Notes under the pieces: model-generated | Told to the model about the DNA's origin: nothing | Seen by the model: the letters and a program-made list of their open reading frames with translations, nothing else | Databases searched by the model: none | Part shown: positions 39,162 to 46,807 of the stretch, piece after piece | How positions within the stretch are numbered: the stretch's first letter is position 1 | How the letters are laid out: each line of letters starts with the position of its first letter | Translations under genes and position numbers: made by a program | From: Kipferlia bialata | Taxonomy: Eukaryota | Direction of reading: 5' to 3' | Assembly: GCA_003568945.1 (NCBI GenBank) | Contig: BDIP01000016.1 | Coordinates: 1 to 46,807, forward strand | Length of the DNA stretch: 46,807 bases

Positions 39162-39639
39162 GTACTGCTTACACGTTCTTGTCTGCTAAATGGTGTGCAT
39201 CCCCCTCTGAAGCCAGCCATCTCTCTTTCGATACTTCTTCGAATATGAATGTTCATATAACTTAGGAGGGAGGAAAGCTCGACAGTTTGTTTTAGATGTT
39301 GTGAACTCTTTCGAGTTCCTATATCGTCCGACTTTGATAATAGATTGTATTTGTTAGAGAAATACATAGCAGTGAGATGCTGCATTAGTTAGCGATGAGA
39401 CTCTCTTCACAAACATATGTACTACTTACTCTATGTGAGTGACACGAACATATGTAGTTCATATATGTGTACATACTAGTAACCAATTCTCGTTCATCCT
39501 AAGTTAGGATTCCTAACTAGAAGTAGAGTGCTAAAAGTAGGACTGATACTCCGAAGAATTCAACTCACATCGAGTGTCTGTATCATAGACGCTCTGTGAT
39601 TCACAGACTGTGAAGTGGATGATACGGATTATCATTACA

Positions 39640-39942
39640 GTAAATGACTACTCTTTGGCACTCCGTCCGGAAGCGGCCCTAACTGGTGTCGCCCCGATAT
39701 CATATCGGCGATATGCTCTGCCAGTGCCGCTGTCCGTACTTTGCAACCAGCAGAAGCTGTGTATCTCTGTGAGCGAGGAGTTTGATGCCTAGGAGCATGA
39801 GCTGGTTAGCGGTGTGTATGTGGCCCTCTTCGACCCCATGCACCCAGACACCCCCCTCACCCTCGAGTCCAGAGGCTACTGCGACGGGTGCCATGTATTC
39901 AACACCCCACCTGGTCAATGTCGTGAAATTCACGACTCGTGA
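39640..39942 (+). pseudogene. Possible degenerate coding remnant
   Basis: GC-richer, codon-like tract reading ...LCISVSEEFDA*EHELVSGVYVALFDPMHPDTPLTLESRGYCDGC... through an in-frame TAG. No family recognised. Confidence 0.25.
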
Positions 39943-40535
39943 TCGAGTATGTCTACTATAGGAAGTATGACTGTTCTGCAGCATTAGCGACATGTGTCAT
40001 GCCTTGTCTCCCCTGGGCAGCGATATGTCAACTAATTTCAGAGGCAGGGTCACCAAGAGGCTGCGTGAGCCCCAATAGCGACTATGTTGTGCACTTCTGT
40101 GAAGTCCACCAGTAATGACTGTACTACTGAGATTCACGTGTATATTAAAGATCATGTAAGAGTATTGACGGCAATGGACGTTGTCACCCAGAGAACTACT
40201 TTGAAAGAAGTATACTTCGGGCACAGTGCACACACTCTTATGATTGTCACCATTCAGACGCTGTGAATCTGACCATATCTGCATCTATGTTTCACTGTTG
40301 AATCCGTGGTGCGATGGTGTTCAACTATGTCTCGGGTTTCATAGCGGCCTTGTCACTGTAACAGTGACTAACTGTTCACCCAAGGGCGGAATCAATTGTG
40401 ACAAACTGATGGCCTCAACTGTAGATACCCTCTACCAGAGTGTCACTGTTTAGGAGTATTCGCAGCCATTCAACTGCACCTCTTTGTATAGGACTCTTCT
40501 AGACGACCCTTCACCCATCCTACCCACTACCAGTC

Positions 40536-41600
40536 ATGCAGACCATGCAGCCTATGCCATGGTACACAGAGTGCAGAGAGTACCCCAGTGTGATTGGGGG
40601 AGGAGACAGACTCTCAGCGGTGTCTCTCGGAGTGAACGAGGTGATGACTATGTGTGAGACATATGAGAGGGTGGGTGCCAGGTATATTGTCACCCGAGAG
40701 TGGAAGCATGTTTCTCTAGGGTTTGATAGAGCACCAGTCACACACACAATCCAGGGTCCAGTGATTGAGGACCCTACTGTTGGCATCACTCTGTACCGAG
40801 TAGGTGGGTGTGTCGTGACATATGCTACTGCAAGCAGTGTATCCTTCACAGAGATCCCGCCTTGGTTCATGTCTGTCTACACCATTGACACTGGTGAGTG
40901 GTACAACATAGAGTATGTGGAGGGGGCTATGCCTTGTCCACGTAACAATCCAAGTGTCATGGTCCTGAATGATACCTTAGTGGTCTCACGGGGTATCACT
41001 GCATACAGACAGGGAACTGAAGTTGCAGCGGACGGTGTATGGGAGTGGTCTGCAAGTACGCAACAGTGGGTTCAGTATCCCAAGAGGACAGTGGGACAGT
41101 GGCCACTCATATCCGACTTCTGGACGTTGAGTGCTGAGACATCATCATACGCACTTGACACAACAGCAATGTGGGTGTATGTCCCCCACATCAGCCCCAA
41201 CATGGGGCAAGATACTTGGTACCTAACTTGTACAGGAAACCTCTACACTACCAGGGCTCTCCTCACCCTATGCCGTCACATACTGCAAGTCACAACCTCC
41301 ATATATGACACCATGGTACCAGAGCTGTGGCTACGGGACAGAGTGTCACTGGATGCAGTGCTTCTGAAGCCACTACCTGCGCTTGTGTCTGTTGGGCAGA
41401 CTAGTGTATTCATTGCACTCAATCCCACTACCCTTCTGTGCATGGACCAGCAGCGGACACTTGTCATTGACATTGATCCTGACATTCTGAGTCCAGAGTA
41501 CCACACCAGTATGGAAGGGGAGGTGGGGTGGATAAGGACAAGTAGTGAAGTCGTCGCTGAAAGAGAAATTAAGGCGAGGCAAAGAAGACGTAGACAGTGA
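40536..41600 (+). CDS. Intronless divergent Kelch-like beta-propeller protein, array copy 1 (354 aa)
   Basis: Uninterrupted ORF. SVYTIDTGEWYNI, PCPRNNPSVMVLNDTLVVSRG and VWEWSASTQQW resemble Kelch blades. Basic C-terminal tail. Paralogous to copies 2-4. Confidence 0.85.
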   Translation: MQTMQPMPWYTECREYPSVIGGGDRLSAVSLGVNEVMTMCETYERVGARYIVTREWKHVSLGFDRAPVTHTIQGPVIEDPTVGITLYRVGGCVVTYATASSVSFTEIPPWFMSVYTIDTGEWYNIEYVEGAMPCPRNNPSVMVLNDTLVVSRGITAYRQGTEVAADGVWEWSASTQQWVQYPKRTVGQWPLISDFWTLSAETSSYALDTTAMWVYVPHISPNMGQDTWYLTCTGNLYTTRALLTLCRHILQVTTSIYDTMVPELWLRDRVSLDAVLLKPLPALVSVGQTSVFIALNPTTLLCMDQQRTLVIDIDPDILSPEYHTSMEGEVGWIRTSSEVVAEREIKARQRRRRQ

Positions 41601-41856
41601 TATAAAGAACAGACTAGTAGATGAATATGAGAGAATGGAATGACATATTTTACAAATGAGGTCTATATAGAGACAGTTCGGTAGAAGAAGTGTCACTGGC
41701 ACAGGAAAATTGGGGGAAAGAGTAAGTAAAACATCTGTTAGAGAGCCTGTTATGTTACATTAGCCCACATATATTACGATTGTTGTATTTAGCTCAATAC
41801 TGGCCCAGTATTACTGGGGGGTGACGCAAAGACACAGAGAATGTTGAAGTCAGTTA

Positions 41857-42597
41857 ATGTCTGTCTACACCATTGACACTGGTGAGTGGCACAACATAGA
41901 GTATGTGGAGGGGGCTATGCCTTCTCCACGTAGCAATCCGTGTGTCATCGTCCTGGGTGATACCTTTGTGGTCTGCTGGGGTGTAACCAAACATACACAG
42001 GAAGACCTGCGTTCAAAACATGCTACAGATGGAGTATGGGAGTGGGCAGTAAGTACCCGACAGTGAAAACAGTATCCCGACAGAAGAACGCAACACTGGT
42101 GCTCTACATCAGATTTCTGGACTCTGAGTGCTGAGACTTCAGCGTATGCATTATACTTAACCGGTGTACAAGTGCACTCGCCCCTCAGAACTCAGGAGAT
42201 GGTGCATGATCTCTGGCACCTAGGCCAATCGGGCCACCCCTACTCAACCAGAGCACACATACACCTTAGGGATATGATACCCCTAGGCCGTAACATACAG
42301 CAAGTCATAGCCTCTACTTGTGACAATGGCAGGCCTCAGGTTTGGCTACGTGACAGACTGTCACTGGATGCAGTCCTGGTGGAGCCACTAGGATCAATTC
42401 AGCGGATTGGTGTGTTCATTGTAGTCAAGCCCACAACCCTTCTGTACCTGGACCCACAGAAGACACTTGCCATTGACATTGACCCTGACATTCTGAGTCC
42501 AGAGTATCACACCAGTATGGAAAGGGAGGTGGGGTGGATATGGTCAAATGAAGAAGTGTTGGCAGTACGGAAGGCGAGGCGAAGACGTAGGCAGTGA
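41857..42597 (+). pseudogene. Array copy 2, 5'-truncated with an in-frame TGA
   Basis: Begins at the internal MSVYTIDTGEW and lacks ~110 N-terminal aa. TGA at 42064-42066 replaces a conserved Trp (RQ*KQYP vs QQWVQYP). The frame is otherwise open to 42597. Confidence 0.85.
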
Positions 42598-42636
42598 ATG
42601 AGAAGTACGATACCAGTGGAAGAGGACGAGAGAGAG

Positions 42637-45600
42637 TGGTATGACATGTTGTAGAAGGGTAGTCAACACAGATACACCAGGCATAGTGGCAGTGACACTA
42701 GTAGAGAGGATTGGGGGATAGAGAAGGAGGGACGACTGGTAATGCCTGATATGATACACTACTCCACATATAACACGCCTGCCGTGACAGTCTGCTGAAG
42801 CAATGAAATAGAATAGTATTAGTTGGGATGCAGTATCAGTATCAGTATCAGTTTTCACTGTAGCAGTATCGAAATGATTGTACAACCAACACCGTTGGCT
42901 TCCAAAAGAGCCAGTCTTGCATCGATAGGCGGGATATGAGTGTGATTTTGTGATGTCTCTCTCATATTGATTAGGGCGTTGACAATAATTCTGAGACAAG
43001 GACGATATTATCTGTCTCTAGAGATATGAAAAGGCTCCAATCACATACGTATGAGTGGTTCATTTATAAAGAATACCCAAAAGAGGACGGAAATGTACTC
43101 AACGCCCTGATTGCCTTGATCAATGCCATTAGTGGGGACAAGGAGAATGGAACTCCGGCATGTCACTGGACAAACGAGAACTAATGGGTAAGAAACTCAG
43201 CCGTTGAGTGAAGAGGTGACACCCCACACGGCAGAGAAACGAAACCGGGTAAAAACGCAATCGATCCTCCAATCAGCCAACCATTGAAATAGTTACAGTG
43301 TAGTGGCGGTATCTCCTTTGCCGTCTCCGTCTGTCTCTCCACTCTGCTCACCCTCCTGAGGTCAGTACATATATATAGCGTGGATACATATATATAGTGA
43401 TGGAGTACAAGTTCCTTCGTGAGACAGAATCGGCCATGGTTTGGAACCTGGTGTATTTCACTTTGTTCACCAATTGTTCACCCACTGTTCACTTGCGACA
43501 GAGTGATAGCCTCAAGTGCAGATATCCTCCATCACAAGGCATTAGTCTTCAGTTTGATTCGCAACCACACACCAGCTCCTCTTTCAGACACACTCACACC
43601 CATCCTACCCACCATCAGTCATGCAGTCCATGCAGCCTATGCCGTGGTATACAGAGTGCAGAGAGTACCCCAGTGTGATGGCGGGAGGACACAGACTCTC
43701 AGCTGTGTTACTTGGAGTGAACGAGGTGATGGTGATGTGTGAGACACCCACTTACAGAGATGGAAGGCGTGTTATAGCCCGTGAATGGAGTGATCTCTCA
43801 CTAGGGTTGGATGGGGTACCTGTCCCCTGTGCAATGTCAGGCCCAGTGATTGAGGACCCTACTACATGCATCACTCTGTACCGAGTGGGTGGGTGTGTTG
43901 TGGCCTATGCTACTCACAGTAGCAGTCTATCTATTACGGCATTACCGCCCTGGTTCATGTCTGTCTACACCATCGACACTAGTGAGTGGTACAACATAGA
44001 GTACGTGGAGGAGGCTATGCCTTGTCCTCGTAAGAATCCATGTGTCATGGTCCTCAGTGACACACTAGTGGTCTCGAGGGGTGTAACTATGGTCACTGAG
44101 GGGACTAATGACGTAACGTATGCAGCGGCTGGTGTATGGGAGTGGTCTGCGAGCACCCGACAGTGGGTACATTTTCCCAATAGGAGAGTAGAGCACTTGT
44201 CTCTCATGTCCGATTTCTGGACTCTGAGTGCTGAGACCTCGTCGTATGAACTTGACTCAAGAGGTGTGTTCGTATACTCGCCTGACAGACCTGAAGTGTA
44301 TGGACATGATCTCTGGTACCTAGGACAACCCTCACACTACTACAAAACTAGAGCGCTCATCCCCGTAGGCCGTCACATATTGCAAGTTACAACCTCTATT
44401 TGTTATCCTTGTGGACCAAGGGTATGGTTTCGTGACAGAGTGTCACTGGATGCAGTGTCTCTGGAGCCCCTACCGGTAACTGGGGCAGATTGGCAGAGTG
44501 GTGTATTCATTGCCATCAACCCCACTACCCTTCTGTATATTGGTAGGCAGGAGACACTTGTCATAGACATTGACCCTGACATCCTGAGTCCAGAGTACCA
44601 CACCAGTATGAAAGGGGAGGTGGGGTGGATAAGGACGAGTAGTGAGGTGTTGGCCGAGAGAAAGGCGAGGCTGAGACATAAGACAGTGATAGAAGTAGGA
44701 GACTAGAAGAAGAGTACAACTGAGAGTGATATGACACGAAGTTGGAGGGTGGTCAACACAGAGACATCAGGCATAGTGGCAGTGACACTAGAAGAGAGGT
44801 TTAGGGGAAGAGAAAGTGGGACGACTGTTAGAGTCTGATATGTTACATTAGTCCACATGTATATAGCATGTTGTGACAGCCTACTGAAGCAATGAAATGG
44901 ATTAGTATTGAGGATTCAGTTGGGATACATATATTTTAGTTTGCACACCTTCACTCTGTAGCGAAGTGTTTCACAACCATCATCATTGGCGACCAAAGTA
45001 TACAGTCTTGTATCGATAGGCGGGGTATCAAATGCGTGTGATTGTATGATGTACTTCTCTCCATAAGATTAGGGAAATGATAATAGTCCTGAGACAAGTC
45101 GATTTAATGCCAAAAGAGGTGACAAGGAGCATGGTTACCATGCTGCATGGTACTCCGGCATGTCATTGGACAAACGAGAATTTCTATTGTGTAAACATAT
45201 CAGTCCATCAAGAGAGAGTGGAACCGCCACCGGTGAGAGCGAGAGAACCAGAAGTATAGGGAATTAATACTCCAATCAGCCAAGGAGTGAAATCGTTACC
45301 GTGCCCCGACTGTATCTCCTTTCCCGTTCCCGTCAGCCTCTCCACTCTGCTCACCCTCCTGAGGTGGGTACATGTACACGCAGCTTGCAAGTCTTTACAT
45401 ATGTGTTCATACTGAATATTGCGGTAACTACATCTAGAGACTGAGGATGAGAATATCCCACGACCCACTGACTGTTTGGTTTCTGTATGGAGAGTCGTTA
45501 TGATAATCACTCATTATCAAAGTGCCTGCTAGTCACAAATTCAGTGAATGCGTAGTGTCTTTATTGCCGTGCATGAGGATTAAGGATATATTGTTCATAA

Positions 45601-45816
45601 TGAAGTACAAGTTTCCTCGTGAGACAGAATCGGCCCAGCTTTGAAACCTGGTGTTTCACTTTTCCCATACTGTTCACCCACTGTTCACTTGTGACAGACT
45701 GATAGCCTCAAGAATAGATACCCTCTATCACAAGGCATCAGTCTTCTGTTGGATTCGCAACCTTACACCAGCTCCTCTTTCAGACACACTCACACCCATC
45801 CTACCCACCAATAGTC
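42637..45816 (+). repeat. Duplicated intergenic spacers of the ~2.2-kb array unit (42637-43620 vs 44727-45816)
   Basis: Shared blocks: caggcatagtggcagtgacactag, ctgaagcaatgaaat, actccggcatgtca.tggacaaacgagaa, ccaatcagccaa, tctccactctgctcaccctcctgaggt, cctcgtgagacagaatcggcc-like, accagctcctctttcagacacactcac. Confidence 0.9.
43621..44706 (+). CDS. Intronless Kelch-like protein, array copy 3 (361 aa)
   Basis: Intact ORF, collinear with copy 1. Confidence 0.85.
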   Translation: MQSMQPMPWYTECREYPSVMAGGHRLSAVLLGVNEVMVMCETPTYRDGRRVIAREWSDLSLGLDGVPVPCAMSGPVIEDPTTCITLYRVGGCVVAYATHSSSLSITALPPWFMSVYTIDTSEWYNIEYVEEAMPCPRKNPCVMVLSDTLVVSRGVTMVTEGTNDVTYAAAGVWEWSASTRQWVHFPNRRVEHLSLMSDFWTLSAETSSYELDSRGVFVYSPDRPEVYGHDLWYLGQPSHYYKTRALIPVGRHILQVTTSICYPCGPRVWFRDRVSLDAVSLEPLPVTGADWQSGVFIAINPTTLLYIGRQETLVIDIDPDILSPEYHTSMKGEVGWIRTSSEVLAERKARLRHKTVIEVGD

Positions 45817-46807
45817 ATGCAGTCCATGCAGCCTATGCCATGGTACACAGAGTGCAGACAGTACCCCAGTGTGATACAGGGAATCCAGAGACTCTCAGCC
45901 GTGTCTCTTGGAGTGAATGAGGTAATGGCTATGTATGAGTCACGTGAATGGAAGGCTAACAGATATGTCTTTAGAGGGGAGTGGAGGCATGTTTCTCTAG
46001 GGTTAGATGGAGCACCAGTCACACGCACAATCCAGGGTCCAGTGATTGAGGACCCTACTGTTGGCATCACTCTGTTCCGAGTCGGTGGGTGTGTCGTGGC
46101 ATATGCTACTGCAAGCAGTGTATCTTTCACAGATATCCCGCCCTGGTTCATGTCTATCTACACCATTGACACTGGTGAGTGGCACAACATAGAGTATGTG
46201 GAGGGGACTATGCCTTGTCCACGCAAAGGACCAAGTGTTATGGTCCTGAATGATACCTTAGTGGTATCAGAGGGTGTAACAGGATACACACAGGGAAGAC
46301 CAACACTTGCAAGCGATGGAGTATGGGAGTGGCAAACAGGTACCCGACAGTGGGTGCAGTATCCTGAGAGGAGAGTAAGGTTGTGGAATCGCATGTCTGA
46401 TATCTGGACTCTGAGTGGTGAGACATCATGTGCTCTACACTTAGAAAGATCATTGGTGTACTCGCCTCATAAGACTCCCGAGAAAGGATATGATCTCTGG
46501 CACGTAGGTCTAGCATCACAGTACTACGAAACCAGTGCGCTTCTCGATCTGGGGCGCCACCTACTCCAAGTCACCACTCCTCCTGGCGACACGCACAGTC
46601 CAGATCTCTGGCTTCGTGACAGAGTGTCACTAGACGCAGTGAGACTGGCGCCCATACCGGTGCTTGGGTTTGATGGGCTGAGTCCTGTGTTCATTGCAGT
46701 CAACTCTACTACCCTTATGTACATGGACAAGCAGATGGCACTTGTCATTGACATTGACCCTGACATCCTGAGTCCAGAGTACCACACCAGCATGGAAGGG
46801 GAGGTGG
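45817..46807 (+). CDS. Intronless Kelch-like protein, array copy 4 (3'-partial)
   Basis: Manual translation from ATG 45817 (MQSMQPMPWYTECRQYPSV) is open to the window end (...DILSPEYHTSMEGEV). It is absent from the ORF track because it has no stop in the window. Confidence 0.85.
   Translation, partial: MQSMQPMPWYTECRQYPSVIQGIQRLSAVSLGVNEVMAMYESREWKANRYVFRGEWRHVSLGLDGAPVTRTIQGPVIEDPTVGITLFRVGGCVVAYATASSVSFTDIPPWFMSIYTIDTGEWHNIEYVEGTMPCPRKGPSVMVLNDTLVVSEGVTGYTQGRPTLASDGVWEWQTGTRQWVQYPERRVRLWNRMSDIWTLSGETSCALHLERSLVYSPHKTPEKGYDLWHVGLASQYYETSALLDLGRHLLQVTTPPGDTHSPDLWLRDRVSLDAVRLAPIPVLGFDGLSPVFIAVNSTTLMYMDKQMALVIDIDPDILSPEYHTSMEGEV

Noticed and set aside
38915..39385. 156-aa minus-strand ORF
   Set aside because: Largely the in-register antisense of the receptor kinase's last exon.
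41598..42597. Genetic-code reassignment (TGA=Trp)
   Set aside because: TGA ends apparently normal ORFs (39161, 41600, 42597) and Trp is TGG throughout the intact genes.

Overview
Intron-rich eukaryotic DNA with (TA)n-rich GT-AG introns whose branch point sits directly against the acceptor (e.g. CTCACCCCAG, CTGACCCCAG). This style fits a fornicate/metamonad protist such as Kipferlia bialata (inference). Hand-splicing gives: (1) a 5'-partial, ~40-exon + strand gene for a Gly-rich uncharacterised protein (<179-12359); (2) a 325-bp hAT-type MITE with an 8-bp target-site duplication (12671-12995); (3) a disrupted - strand kinase/LRR/Kelch-like gene (20588-13137); (4) an ~18-kb + strand gene for a single-pass receptor-like Ser/Thr kinase whose ectodomain has two FG-GAP beta-propellers and Ig/filamin-like repeats (<20969-39161); (5) a tandem array of four intronless Kelch-like genes with hypervariable segments (40536->46807). 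Many introns contain tandem 'echo' copies of their own splice junctions. All exon calls are manual, with no transcript evidence.
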